This document shows positions 29,678 through 40,232 of a DNA stretch of 64,000 bases, piece by piece. The notes beneath the pieces are model-generated. The model saw only the letters and a list, made by a program, of their open reading frames with translations, searched no databases and was not told the DNA's origin. The position numbers and the translations under genes are program-made. Within the stretch, counting starts at the first letter, position 1; the number at the start of each line of letters is the position of its first letter. Origin of the DNA: an uncultured virus (IMG/VR IMGVR_UViG_3300009152_000029) (Duplodnaviria > Heunggongvirae > Uroviricota > Caudoviricetes). Location: the IMG/VR virus record IMGVR_UViG_3300009152_000029. The stretch is one strand, 5' to 3'.

Positions 29678-30213
29678 CAAAAGAATTACAAATTTGTAGT
29701 TATAGAGAATTCTTACATAATTACTTGTTTAGAAAATTTCCCAAAGCCAGAAGAGAAGATGTTGAAGATGCAGTGCAAAATGCAATTATTAAAGCAGTAA
29801 AATTTGTTGATAAATGGCAAGGTGATTCCTCGCTAAAAACTTGGCTTACTGTAATTGCTGTTAATATGTATCTTGATACATTTAGAAAAACATACAATAA
29901 AAATGAATATACTTTAGATTCTTCTGAAGATTTATTTCTATTTGAGCAAATTTCGGTGGATGACTTTTCTGAAACTTTGTGTAATTTTGATAGTCAAACT
30001 AATTTAGTCAAAGAATTATTGTCTCATTTTGAAGATAATATTCACGTAAATACTTTTAAATTGAATGTAGTTCACGATGTAGACTACAAAGATATTGCAA
30101 TTCAACAAAAAATTCCAATTGGCACTGTTAAATCTCGTGTCTTTAGGGCTAAGAAGTTGTTGCAAGAAAAATACCGTGAAATTTCTCATAGATATGAAGA
30201 AACAACGGTATAA
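29674..30213 (+). CDS. ECF-type sigma factor
   Basis: VEDAVQNAIIKA...SSLKTWLTVIAVN and YKDIA...IPIGTVKSRVFRAK; ATGA overlap gives start 29674. Confidence 0.88.
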   Translation: MTKELQICSYREFLHNYLFRKFPKARREDVEDAVQNAIIKAVKFVDKWQGDSSLKTWLTVIAVNMYLDTFRKTYNKNEYTLDSSEDLFLFEQISVDDFSETLCNFDSQTNLVKELLSHFEDNIHVNTFKLNVVHDVDYKDIAIQQKIPIGTVKSRVFRAKKLLQEKYREISHRYEETTV

Positions 30214-30247
30214 TGGTTAAAGTTTCATTTGAAAAAGGAAAAATAAA

Positions 30248-30769
30248 ATGAAGAATATTTTACTTTCATTAGTTGCACTTTGTGTTGCAACATCAGCATT
30301 TGCTGCAGATCCAATCTTTGGACCAGCAAAGCCTCCAGTCAAGGAAGGCACTGGCACTTTTCATGCTAAGTCATATGGCGTTGAAGTTAAGAGCGTCAAT
30401 GATGTAAAGTTTGTTGGCATCTATGATAATAAGAATGGTAATGGTGCAGTACAAAAGACTTTGCAATCATTCAGCTTTCAAGGACTGAAATTCTATACAA
30501 CTGCAACACTTTCAACTAATAAGAATGTAGACAAGGCATATGCTGGTGCTTCTGCAATGGTTGAATTTGGGCCAGTTGCTCCAGGTCTTTCAGTTGCTGC
30601 TGGTGTCACTGTACGTGGCGTTGAATTGCAACGTGGTTTCAATGTCAACAATTCTTACTACCCAACAGTTGCAGTGGCTGTTGATCCTATGACTCTTGTT
30701 CGCAACGTTATGAGTACTCCGGCGAAAGCTGAGAAAACTGTACGTAATTTCGTAAAGCAAGTATTCTAA
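30248..30769 (+). CDS. secreted/outer-membrane protein
   Basis: Signal peptide MKNILLSLVALCVATSAFA. Confidence 0.65.
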   Translation: MKNILLSLVALCVATSAFAADPIFGPAKPPVKEGTGTFHAKSYGVEVKSVNDVKFVGIYDNKNGNGAVQKTLQSFSFQGLKFYTTATLSTNKNVDKAYAGASAMVEFGPVAPGLSVAAGVTVRGVELQRGFNVNNSYYPTVAVAVDPMTLVRNVMSTPAKAEKTVRNFVKQVF

Positions 30770-30820
30770 CTTAAGACTAAAGGGGAAGATAAATTTTATC
30801 TTCCCCTTTATAATATAAGT

Positions 30821-31162
30821 ATGAGTTTAATTGATAAAACACTCATATCTCGTAAAAGTTCCCACACGTATAAGCCGTGGTGGGAAATTTGTACATTTTG
30901 CAAACAGCCATTTACTACTGACACATTTGACAAAACTTGCCAAAGATGTAAGCACTTTGAAAAATATAAAGATGAGTTTTCTTCTAAAATAATGCTCAAA
31001 TTTATTTTTTTCACAATGGCCAGTATTATTGCATCCTCTGCTTTTGGACCATTCTTATATAAATATATTCAAAATAATTACCATTTAGCTCTGATATTAT
31101 TGATGCTAAATGTAATAATAGGTATAAGTTTATGGAGAGCAGTAAAAAAAATAAGTAATTAA
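30821..31162 (+). CDS. membrane protein with CxxC..CxxC Zn ribbon
   Basis: CTFC...CQRC followed by two TM helices. Confidence 0.55.
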   Translation: MSLIDKTLISRKSSHTYKPWWEICTFCKQPFTTDTFDKTCQRCKHFEKYKDEFSSKIMLKFIFFTMASIIASSAFGPFLYKYIQNNYHLALILLMLNVIIGISLWRAVKKISN

Positions 31163-31193
31163 TCTCTTTTACTAGCGGTAAGGAAAAACAAAA

Positions 31194-31742
31194 ATGCCAA
31201 GACCTAAAAAAGTTGATATTCCACATATTGAAATTGACGAACCTTTTGTAGTTGATAATAACGAAATTTCTTCTGAGCTTATATCAGATTTGGAAGCTAA
31301 GAAAGAATTTGATTCAATTGTAGAAGCTATTGCTGAAGAAATGCCAGAGCCTGTTGAACAATCAAACGTTGCAGAAGTTGAATCCACACGAAAATATAAA
31401 GTTTACGAAAAAGGAACTTTATTGGAAGAACTTCCAGATAACTCAAAAAAGCTTGAAGAATATTTGCTTAAAAATAAACTACAATTGGAAAACTATATAG
31501 TTACCCTTAGCCAACCTACAACTAACGAAGAAGATTTAGTTCTTTTTAACGTAAATCCTTTTGACAATCGCACTTATAAAAACTTAACTCAGTACTATGT
31601 TCAAAATGGTTTAGCTCCAAAGCCACCAGTAATTAGTGATTGGTTGTCATATTATAAATTTAAATACCCACTCTCAACAGAAGAAGAAATTGCAATAACA
31701 GTTTTTGGTCCTTTGGACTTTAGTTTTGAAATTTTAGATTAG
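31194..31742 (+). CDS. hypothetical protein
   Basis: AGGA RBS; acidic N-terminal half. Confidence 0.6.
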   Translation: MPRPKKVDIPHIEIDEPFVVDNNEISSELISDLEAKKEFDSIVEAIAEEMPEPVEQSNVAEVESTRKYKVYEKGTLLEELPDNSKKLEEYLLKNKLQLENYIVTLSQPTTNEEDLVLFNVNPFDNRTYKNLTQYYVQNGLAPKPPVISDWLSYYKFKYPLSTEEEIAITVFGPLDFSFEILD

Positions 31743-31743
31743 T

Positions 31744-32415
31744 ATGTTGTATGATTTCAAAATAAGATTTGAGATTGCTCACATCAAACTTATTTCCAAA
31801 TCTTTGGATATTTTGAAATCAATTAGTAAAGGCGAACTTACCCGAATAGAATCATTATTCATAGAAAATAAAAAAACTTATTTAGAAAACAAAATCGATC
31901 TCCCAGAAATATTTGACTCAAGAATGATTAAGCTTCATCATTTTTTAGCAGATATGCAAGTAAAACATTATAATAACAAATTATTAAATGTTTTACAACT
32001 GGGAGATTTTGGTTTTTTATTAGTAGATGTAAAGCAAAAATTTATTGATACTGGCATAATTATGAAAAATAAAAGAATTAATAATATTAATGTCAAATTA
32101 TCAGAAAATGAATTACGTATTATAAATATAGCTTGCACTTTGTATTGGAAAATCTTAGTTGGAGATTTTTCTTATATAATATCTTTTAAAAAATACAACA
32201 CTTTAGATGATTTTGAAACAGATTTATTTGCAGCTGGTTTGTTAGCAAGAAATTTAGTTGAAAGTAATTATTATTTTTCAATTGAAGATAAATTTATTAA
32301 TCGTAAAGCGAAATGGGCTTATGACATTTGTAAGTGCATTGACAGTATTGATAATGATGATATAATCAAGAATATAGGAACACTACCTAGACTTAAGATT
32401 ATAAAAAATGGCTAA
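31744..32415 (+). CDS. hypothetical protein
   Basis: ORF in operon. Confidence 0.55.
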   Translation: MLYDFKIRFEIAHIKLISKSLDILKSISKGELTRIESLFIENKKTYLENKIDLPEIFDSRMIKLHHFLADMQVKHYNNKLLNVLQLGDFGFLLVDVKQKFIDTGIIMKNKRINNINVKLSENELRIINIACTLYWKILVGDFSYIISFKKYNTLDDFETDLFAAGLLARNLVESNYYFSIEDKFINRKAKWAYDICKCIDSIDNDDIIKNIGTLPRLKIIKNG

Positions 32416-32995
32416 ATACAAACATTCTTTTTGGCGATACGTACCAAGCACAGAAAAATACAAATCTGAATTCAAATTTGTTGAATCGTTTGAGACAGAT
32501 TCTGATACAGTCCCTGAATTCCACGATCATTATTGCATTGATCATATGATTAATTTAGAGACAGGACAAATGCGAGTCAAAAATCATTCTGCTCCTGAAT
32601 ATTGTGTTTCAAAATATATAGGCTGGTCTCTAGAATTACCACCAGTTGAAAAAGCTAATAAACAAGAGATTTATGTCGTTATTCATAAAAGCTCATTCTC
32701 TCATAAAAAGATTGAATTTGATGAGTTTTTAGAGCCAGAAAATGACAGATATAACCAAGAAGAATGGGATTTTCTTTTGTCTGTTATAGAGAGTAGATTT
32801 ACCAAACAAAAAGAATGGGCAAAAGTCGGCATCAGAACTCCAAGCCAATATGATGATGGTACACAAGTATTTAAAACAGAATCCGAATTTCGTGCGTTTT
32901 CTTTTGGTAGACGGGCTTATTTTCTTTACCATCTTGTTCGCAATTATAATTTCACCCATCTTATTCGTAGATTAAATATAGGATACACTCAATAA
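32408..32995 (+). CDS. hypothetical protein
   Basis: ORF in operon. Confidence 0.6.
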   Translation: MAKYKHSFWRYVPSTEKYKSEFKFVESFETDSDTVPEFHDHYCIDHMINLETGQMRVKNHSAPEYCVSKYIGWSLELPPVEKANKQEIYVVIHKSSFSHKKIEFDEFLEPENDRYNQEEWDFLLSVIESRFTKQKEWAKVGIRTPSQYDDGTQVFKTESEFRAFSFGRRAYFLYHLVRNYNFTHLIRRLNIGYTQ

Positions 32996-33240
32996 TGTTA
33001 GTATGTGATGTTTCTGCAATCGATAAACTCATTGATCTTTATTTTGAAAATTTATCAGTAATTTATAATGGTAAGGAATTCCTATTATATGATCTTCGTG
33101 ATGATTTTGTAGATAATAATAGAGAATGCTCTATCGATGTTCATGAAATTACTACCTCAGGTATTTATTTTAAAGATTCATTGATTGTTGCAATTAACAA
33201 ACAACAAGATTTTAGAAAAGACGATACAATCAACCTATGA
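32995..33240 (+). CDS. hypothetical protein
   Basis: TAATG-coupled ORF. Confidence 0.55.
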   Translation: MLVCDVSAIDKLIDLYFENLSVIYNGKEFLLYDLRDDFVDNNRECSIDVHEITTSGIYFKDSLIVAINKQQDFRKDDTINL

Positions 33241-33695
33241 AATCAAGTCTTAAAGATTTTCTAAACAAAATTAAATTTGATGATCCAAGCGAATACGACT
33301 TTGATGCTGACAGCTCTATAGATACAAGCATCAAAGAAACTATCAAAAACATCAATAAATCTTCCTGGTGCTGGACTTTGTTTAGTTGTGAAGGACATAA
33401 CCATGATGATAATTCACAATCACTGCCTTATTTTGTATTTATTGTTAAGAAAAAATGCATTCCTGTCTTATTAGGATTGTTATTTAATACTTTAGACCCC
33501 AAAATTGACGAAATAACCCCATTGCCATTATGCAACACTAATGGAATCAATGTATCTTGGGGATTTACTGATGATAAATATGCTATTATTTCAGTTCATT
33601 GGGCTCATAATTTTTTAGAAGATGAAAATCAGCACAAAAAATTATTATCTGATTTCTACGATATGAGTTTTAAAATATTAGAGGCAAAGTTATGA
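33237..33695 (+). CDS. hypothetical protein with TxxSCEGH motif (Tyw3-like fold possible)
   Basis: IDTSIKETIKNIN...WTLFSCEGH. Confidence 0.45.
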   Translation: MKSSLKDFLNKIKFDDPSEYDFDADSSIDTSIKETIKNINKSSWCWTLFSCEGHNHDDNSQSLPYFVFIVKKKCIPVLLGLLFNTLDPKIDEITPLPLCNTNGINVSWGFTDDKYAIISVHWAHNFLEDENQHKKLLSDFYDMSFKILEAKL

Positions 33696-33961
33696 AAAAT
33701 GTTGGCATTGAAATAGATAAAGTTTTACATCAAGAATTATTAGGCTCTTTCATTAGTTTTATCGAGCATTTCTCTCCTGTATTATCTAAAGCAGAAGAAT
33801 TCAAGATGCACGTTGTTTCTGAAAATTTGATTGACACAGACAATGAATCAAAAGATAAATTAGAAAATATCAATGAGATAACAGAATTACTATCTTCACT
33901 TGTTCCATATTTTATAAAGTTTGCTCAGTTAGAAAATAAATTGGAAAAGTTTTACAAATAA
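33692..33961 (+). CDS. hypothetical protein
   Basis: Coupled ORF followed by a terminator at 33960-33988. Confidence 0.55.
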   Translation: MKNVGIEIDKVLHQELLGSFISFIEHFSPVLSKAEEFKMHVVSENLIDTDNESKDKLENINEITELLSSLVPYFIKFAQLENKLEKFYK

Positions 33962-33989
33962 AAAAAGGTCTCGAAAGAGACCTTTTTTA

Positions 33990-34754
33990 CTATCTGATGA
34001 TAATTTGTTTTTCGTGTCCGACAATAACTTCAGGATCAACCCAAACCTTGACTCCAGCATCCTTCCACTTCCAACATAATGAAACGTCTTCTGATGAAAA
34101 ATCACGACTGATATCAATTTCGTGCATTGCTGGCTCGAACCAAGGATATGTAACTTTCTCCAATGCGCCTTTTCGACACATCATAAAGCCCATACCTGCG
34201 TAGAATACTTCAGCAAGCTTCTTTGGTGATTCGCTTGCAATGTTCTTTAAATCTGCTGGACTTAAGAATGGGAACATACCCGTCTTTAAGAAGAAATCCA
34301 AATCCCAATCCTTGACAATGGTAGAGTGAGTGCCAGAAGTAGTAAGATAAATTCCACAAAGAACTTCCAACGAACGATCTCTTTGCATTTTTGTGAAAAG
34401 CTGTAATACTTGCTCAGGCTCAAAAACGATATCTGAGTCAAACCACATAATGTAATCGTAATCAATTTTTCCTTGGAATGGAATTTGATGAACACCTGCT
34501 CTGTTGTCAGCACCTAGTAAGTTTGCTCTACAGTGAAAAATTACAGGAGAATAATGTCGTGAAACAATGATGTCAAAAGGAAGACCACGAGAAGTAGCAA
34601 GTGTAAGCTTTGTCCAAGAATCAAAAAAACCAGGGGTAAATTCTTTTCCGGGAATACAACAAACTACTACTGGTTTTCTTACAGGCGCACCAATTACAGG
34701 ACTTGCCACAGGAGCAGAAAGATTAGTATTGAATTTCATATTCTTATTATACAA
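33990..34754 (-). CDS. GT-A fold glycosyltransferase
   Basis: YIMWFDSDIVF (DxD), GMGFMM, YPWF, SEDVSLC, VDPEVIVGHEK. Confidence 0.8.
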   Translation of the reverse strand: MYNKNMKFNTNLSAPVASPVIGAPVRKPVVVCCIPGKEFTPGFFDSWTKLTLATSRGLPFDIIVSRHYSPVIFHCRANLLGADNRAGVHQIPFQGKIDYDYIMWFDSDIVFEPEQVLQLFTKMQRDRSLEVLCGIYLTTSGTHSTIVKDWDLDFFLKTGMFPFLSPADLKNIASESPKKLAEVFYAGMGFMMCRKGALEKVTYPWFEPAMHEIDISRDFSSEDVSLCWKWKDAGVKVWVDPEVIVGHEKQIIIR

Positions 34755-34838
34755 GTTTGTATTTTATTTTGAATGCCAGGAAAAAACATTTCTTACTTGT
34801 AAAAATAAATTATAAATCCGAATAAGGAAAAAGTTTTT

Positions 34839-35297
34839 ATGAACAGATTGATAATTACTAAAGAATTAATCAAGATTGCAAACCTTCTTGACAATTCTAA
34901 ACTTCACGGCGAAGCAAACTCTTTGACAAAAATAGCCGAAGATATGATGGACGATAAATTCGATCCTATGGTATACAATCCAGATGACGAAGCTTCAGAT
35001 GATTTGGATGCTAAAACAGATGAATTTGACACACTTATTGATTCTCTTATGAAGGCACATTCTGAAGGCGATCTTAATGACGAGGATATTTCTTCTATTA
35101 TGAATATCCTAAATCAAGAATCTGGCAGAGCATCAGAAATGTCATTTGATGAAGATGATGAATATGCCGAAGATATGGAAGATGATTTCGATATGGGACC
35201 TGAAGAAGATGAATTCGACTATGAATCACCAGAAGACGATGAAGATATGTATGGTGATGACAAGAAAGGATACTTTGATAAAGACTCAGATTTCTAG
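34839..35297 (+). CDS. very acidic protein with N-terminal helical tag
   Basis: ELIKIANLLDNSKLHGEANSLTKIAED followed by a D/E-rich tail. Confidence 0.7.
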   Translation: MNRLIITKELIKIANLLDNSKLHGEANSLTKIAEDMMDDKFDPMVYNPDDEASDDLDAKTDEFDTLIDSLMKAHSEGDLNDEDISSIMNILNQESGRASEMSFDEDDEYAEDMEDDFDMGPEEDEFDYESPEDDEDMYGDDKKGYFDKDSDF

Positions 35298-35349
35298 ATA
35301 ATAAAATCCCCCCAGAAATGAGGGGATTTTTTTGTGATATAATAGCCCT

Positions 35350-36159
35350 ATGAAAACGTTTATGAAATGGGCTGGAAATAAATCTTCCATCATTGAGAAA
35401 ATTGCTCCTTGCCTTGTTGGCGAAACATTAATTGAACCTTTTGCTGGAAGTTGCGCTGTTTCACTAAATACAAATTTTAAAAAATATATTTGTAATGACA
35501 TTAATGCTGATATGATTAATATGTATCAGCTAATTCAAAAAAATCCCACAGAGTTTATAAAATTAGCGCAAGACTTTTTCCTAAATGGTAATGAAGAAAC
35601 AAGATTTTATGAATTACGTGAACTATATAATAACACCCCTGATAAAAATCTCAAATCTGCACTGTTTTTATATCTAAATAGACACTGCTTCAATGGATTA
35701 TGTAGATACAATAGTAAAGGTAAGTTTAACGTGCCTTTTGGCAAATTTAAAGCACCTTATTTTCCAGAGAAAGAAATTATTGAATTCCATGATTATACTA
35801 AAAATAATTTTGTATTCCTTAATGAAGATTTTTCTGAACTTTTCAAACAAGCAGATGAAAATACAGTAATTTATTGCGACCCACCATACTTACCACTTAC
35901 TGATACTGCTGATTTTAGTAAATACTCTACAAACGATTTTTCTATCAAAGAACACTTGCAATTAAGAGATTTAGCAATACAATATTCTAAAGAACGTTCT
36001 TGCACTGTTGTAATATCAAATCACGATACAAAAGATATTCGAGATATATATAAAGACGCAGATGATATAATTTCTTTTGACGTTAAGAGAACTATAGCAA
36101 GTAAAGCAGAAAATAGGAAGAACGCTCCTGAATTGCTTGCAATATATAAAGGTAAATAA
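35350..36159 (+). CDS. dam: Dam-family DNA adenine methyltransferase
   Basis: FMKWAGNK, EPFAGS, LYLNRHCFNGLCRYNSKGKFNVPFG, YCDPPY. Confidence 0.93.
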   Translation: MKTFMKWAGNKSSIIEKIAPCLVGETLIEPFAGSCAVSLNTNFKKYICNDINADMINMYQLIQKNPTEFIKLAQDFFLNGNEETRFYELRELYNNTPDKNLKSALFLYLNRHCFNGLCRYNSKGKFNVPFGKFKAPYFPEKEIIEFHDYTKNNFVFLNEDFSELFKQADENTVIYCDPPYLPLTDTADFSKYSTNDFSIKEHLQLRDLAIQYSKERSCTVVISNHDTKDIRDIYKDADDIISFDVKRTIASKAENRKNAPELLAIYKGK

Positions 36160-36160
36160 T

Positions 36161-36637
36161 ATGCCAGATACAAAAAGCGGAAAACAATTAGAAAGATTTG
36201 TTTATGATTTCTTTATCAGCAACAAGTTTCGAGAAATTTCTTACGCAGATTATATCAAAAACAATGATACAGAACGCACTATCATTAAACACATTCCATA
36301 CATCTCAATCTATGGAAGCAAATGCCGTACAGAATTTTTAATCTGCTTTGATGACAGAAAAATAAGAATTGAATGTAAATGGCAAAGTGTATCTGGAAGT
36401 GTAGATGAAAAATTCCCATACTTACTACAAAATGCTGCAGAAGTATGGGCAGAAGACGAAATCATAATCATACTAGATGGCGGAGGATATAAACCTAAAG
36501 CTTTCGAGTGGATTAGGACAGCTGCAAATAATAAAAAGTATCTTGACCCCAATAGCAAAAAGATTATCAAAGTATTTACTATTGAAGACTTTGTAAACTG
36601 GGTGGGATACGGAATGAAACATTTATCTGAAATGTAA
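36161..36637 (+). CDS. PD-(D/E)xK nuclease, putative restriction endonuclease partner of Dam
   Basis: SGKQLE, RTEF...RIECKWQSVSGSVDEKFPY, IILDGGG; directly follows dam. Confidence 0.7.
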   Translation: MPDTKSGKQLERFVYDFFISNKFREISYADYIKNNDTERTIIKHIPYISIYGSKCRTEFLICFDDRKIRIECKWQSVSGSVDEKFPYLLQNAAEVWAEDEIIIILDGGGYKPKAFEWIRTAANNKKYLDPNSKKIIKVFTIEDFVNWVGYGMKHLSEM

Positions 36638-36672
36638 ATTCAAATATTATTACCTAAACGTATAATCTTTTT

Positions 36673-37290
36673 ATGAATGAAAATTTAGGAATAGTTTATA
36701 TTTTAAGCAATATTGGTATGCCAGATATTTATAAGATTGGATTTACTGAAAAGAATGATGTTAAGGAAAGAGTCAAAGAACTATCCTCATCAACATCAGT
36801 TCCATATCCATTTGGAATTTATTACGCTTGCAAAGTCCAAAATGCACAAAAAGTTGAAGATACTATTCACAAATTATTTAATTCGAGTAGAGTCAATCCT
36901 AGACGTGAATTTTTTAACGTGGATCCAGAACAAGTTAAAACAGCACTTTCTTTGGCAAATCCTGTAGATGTTACTCCAGAAGAAAATACATACATTGAAC
37001 CAGATGAACTTAAAGAAATAGAAAAAGTTGCAAGGAAAAGAGAAGCTAATTTTACTTTTTCGAAAGCTTATATCCCACTAGGCTCTGTACTTTACTTTTG
37101 TAAAAATGAAGAAATTACTTGCACTGTATTTTCAGAAAATACAGTTTTATTTAATTCTCAAGTACTTACCCTAACAGAAGCTGCAAGAAAAACAGGACTT
37201 ATTTCTCAAAAAGAAATTCAAGGCCCTAAATACTGGTGCTATGAAGATGAGACACTGACTAATCGAAGAAAAAGACTACAAGACAACTAA
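36673..37290 (+). CDS. GIY-YIG / T5orf172 domain protein
   Basis: GIVYILSN...YKIGFT...RVKELS.STSVP.PF...RVNPRREFF. Confidence 0.85.
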   Translation: MNENLGIVYILSNIGMPDIYKIGFTEKNDVKERVKELSSSTSVPYPFGIYYACKVQNAQKVEDTIHKLFNSSRVNPRREFFNVDPEQVKTALSLANPVDVTPEENTYIEPDELKEIEKVARKREANFTFSKAYIPLGSVLYFCKNEEITCTVFSENTVLFNSQVLTLTEAARKTGLISQKEIQGPKYWCYEDETLTNRRKRLQDN

Positions 37291-38352
37291 TTATCTTGAA
37301 TATCCCATTCCTCCAGATCCAGGACTGTAAACATAATTCTTTTGATTTTGTTTTTGAGCTTGATCACGGGCTCTCTTGTAGCTGGAAATTTGATACTGTC
37401 CATTTGCTGGCGGAAGAATACCTTGAGCAATGTGAGCACTCATCAAAGCCATTCTTCCAGGCTCATTGCCAAGTTTTGTAATCATTTCTGGAACTGTGGC
37501 TTTTTTATTTACATAATCTAACAAAACATTATAAACTTCACCATACTTTAGCGCTAATTCATCTAATGGCATCGTGGCACCTTTAGCTTTCATTCCTTGG
37601 CTAGTATATGCTTGTGCTTGTGGAATTTGTTCTATTCTATTACTACCTTTATTTTCCATATTTCCATAAAATGTTCCAAGGGATTCTGCTCCACTAACCA
37701 TTAAACCCATTCCCGAACTTAATGTATTTAAAGCCATCAATTGTGGTTGTAATGGCAATATAGGAGGAAAATATTTTGTCAAGTTTGGATTTGTAAAAGT
37801 ACTAACGATCCTAGCTAAATATTTTGTTACTCCGCCTGGGTCATTTTTATACATTGCATTAAATCCCGACTTATAAATATTTGTTAAAAATTCAACTGAA
37901 TCTTTGATAAGATTTACAATGTCTAAAGTTTGAAAAACTTTTTGTGCAAGTGGATACTTACTAAACACATCAAGCTTTTGTTCAGCAGCATCTAATGTTT
38001 TTATCATTGAGGGAATATTTTTAGTAAACCAACCTGTTAAGTTTCCAATTGAAGCAATTGTTTTTGCATTACTTACAGGAGATTTAACTTGTTCTGATAA
38101 TTCTTGAACTTTACTAGCTCCCTGATAAACTGGATTAGCTTGAGCTTCATCTATAACTTTTTTTTCAATAGCTAAACCTTCGGGAGATAAAGCTATTCCC
38201 ATCATAGGATTTAAGGCTTTTAAATATTTTGGAATTCCTTTGGAATTATTTGGAAGGACTGTACTTAATTGCGCTATTTTAAATAGTTTGTCTGAAAGCT
38301 CGTAATCACCACAATTGTCAAAATGTTCAGCTAAATAAATAAAGTTTTCCAT
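37291..38352 (-). CDS. protein with N-terminal helical tag
   Basis: MENFIYLAEHFDNCGDYELSDKLFKIAQ; GGG-N18-AGAAT at 38362-38387. Confidence 0.7.
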   Translation of the reverse strand: MENFIYLAEHFDNCGDYELSDKLFKIAQLSTVLPNNSKGIPKYLKALNPMMGIALSPEGLAIEKKVIDEAQANPVYQGASKVQELSEQVKSPVSNAKTIASIGNLTGWFTKNIPSMIKTLDAAEQKLDVFSKYPLAQKVFQTLDIVNLIKDSVEFLTNIYKSGFNAMYKNDPGGVTKYLARIVSTFTNPNLTKYFPPILPLQPQLMALNTLSSGMGLMVSGAESLGTFYGNMENKGSNRIEQIPQAQAYTSQGMKAKGATMPLDELALKYGEVYNVLLDYVNKKATVPEMITKLGNEPGRMALMSAHIAQGILPPANGQYQISSYKRARDQAQKQNQKNYVYSPGSGGMGYSR

Positions 38353-38434
38353 ACTATATTTATTCTACTTAAAAAGAAAAATCTCCCACTTTTTCGAGGG
38401 ATAGCAGTACATCATAACGTATAAAACTTATGAA

Positions 38435-40195
38435 ATGTATTATAGAATCAAGATAAGAATGCCAAAAAGCAAAATCGTTCAATACGATATGCCAGCTCCT
38501 ATTTCAGTCAATGATCTATCCCCAGAAGAATTTAACAATTTATTAAAAGATACAAAAGATCACATAACTTTACTATCAAAAACTAAATTTGCAAGTAAAC
38601 AAATTTTTATTGAAAGATTATCTCAAGAAAAAGCAACTCAACTTACACAATTTTATTCTTCTTCACCACATTATTTTGCTGATATAAACACAGAACCTGG
38701 ACAAAATAATACTTTAATACTAAGAATTGGAAAACCCTTATTAAAAGATCTTCCAAATTTAGATATAATACAAAATGCATATGCACAACTCGGAGTGCAA
38801 CCTATACCTTTTATTAGAAAAAACAATAAAAATATACGTTATCCTGATTATGAAATAAATAATAAATACAGAATTGACTTTATAACTCCTGATGCTCAAA
38901 CATTCTTAAATATTTTAAGAGATATGAAAAATAAAAATATAATATCAAATAGATTTTCTGAAACAGTATATGAAGGTTTGCCAAAACAATATTATTTTAA
39001 TGATGTGTGGTATCAATTAAAATCTAAAAGCAATCTTAATGCTCTAGACAAACAACAATTAAATATCTTTAGGAATGAAATGAATCCAAAAGTTTTATCA
39101 TTCAGAGAAAATCCTATTGCTTGGGAAAGTTTCCTAAGAACACTACCAAAAGACATTACTGAAAGAACATATAAAATATCTGTAGAACAAAAATATGATA
39201 AAATTATAGATATCAATAATAAAGAAATATCAATATATAATTTCAACAATGAAAATTATCATATATTATCACTCAGACAATTAAGAGATCCATTTAATAG
39301 TGATTTAAAAACTGTTTACGAAGAATTGATCATTGATAAAAGAGAGCCAACATCAAGTCTTGGTGATAAAGTTTTTTTTAACATTCAACAAACCAATCTT
39401 ACTCAAAATATACTTCCACAAAATTTATTTTTTAAGCAAGGATTTCTATGTAAACTCGATCCCAGATTCGAAGAGTTTGTTGAAACACAAATCAAAAAAG
39501 ATAGAAACAAAGACATTTTTACTTATCTCTTTAGTAGCATAAAATCACATAAAACAGTAATCGAAAGAAATGGAAAAACTATCCATTGCTTCAATTTATC
39601 TAACACTGAATTTGAAAAAATCCCAGAAGTAAAAGATGGCTGGTCGTATAGAAAAAATCTTACACCTGAAGATCCAGATTTCGAAGATAAAAAATTATAT
39701 GAGTTTGAGCTAGAGTGTGCAGAAACTGCAAATGATGAAATGAGATCCTGCACTAAATGGAAATGTACAACTTACACACCTAATAAAGATGGTTTTGCAG
39801 ATTCTTATTCTATCTTTTTGAATAATAATAATTTTGATCCACTATCATATTCTTTTGATGCTGTTGTTTTAGACAGTAGTAAAAGAATTCAATATATTTT
39901 AGAATTTGATGGAAGTGATCATTATTACGCAAGACCAAACACAGAGATGGATATTACAAATAAAATTGTTTCTGATCAAATTAAAAACAACTTTGCAAAT
40001 TATTTCTCAATACCAATTAAAAGAATTCCCTTTTTTGCAAGACGTAAGGCAGCTGATTTTGAAGAACAATTTCAGGATTTTGTTTTAAGATTACTCTCAG
40101 AACAATACGTGCCAAATTACACATCCACTCCTGAAACTGTAAACCCAGGCATATATACAAAAGCAGCATATAAAATAAAACAAATAATTAAATAA
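38435..40195 (+). CDS. large protein with C-terminal Vsr/DUF559-like endonuclease domain
   Basis: FDAVV...ILEFDGSDHY...DQIKNNFA...IKRIPF. Confidence 0.6.
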   Translation: MYYRIKIRMPKSKIVQYDMPAPISVNDLSPEEFNNLLKDTKDHITLLSKTKFASKQIFIERLSQEKATQLTQFYSSSPHYFADINTEPGQNNTLILRIGKPLLKDLPNLDIIQNAYAQLGVQPIPFIRKNNKNIRYPDYEINNKYRIDFITPDAQTFLNILRDMKNKNIISNRFSETVYEGLPKQYYFNDVWYQLKSKSNLNALDKQQLNIFRNEMNPKVLSFRENPIAWESFLRTLPKDITERTYKISVEQKYDKIIDINNKEISIYNFNNENYHILSLRQLRDPFNSDLKTVYEELIIDKREPTSSLGDKVFFNIQQTNLTQNILPQNLFFKQGFLCKLDPRFEEFVETQIKKDRNKDIFTYLFSSIKSHKTVIERNGKTIHCFNLSNTEFEKIPEVKDGWSYRKNLTPEDPDFEDKKLYEFELECAETANDEMRSCTKWKCTTYTPNKDGFADSYSIFLNNNNFDPLSYSFDAVVLDSSKRIQYILEFDGSDHYYARPNTEMDITNKIVSDQIKNNFANYFSIPIKRIPFFARRKAADFEEQFQDFVLRLLSEQYVPNYTSTPETVNPGIYTKAAYKIKQIIK

Positions 40196-40232
40196 AAAAT
40201 CCCCCGATTAAAGATTCGAGGGATTTTTTTCT

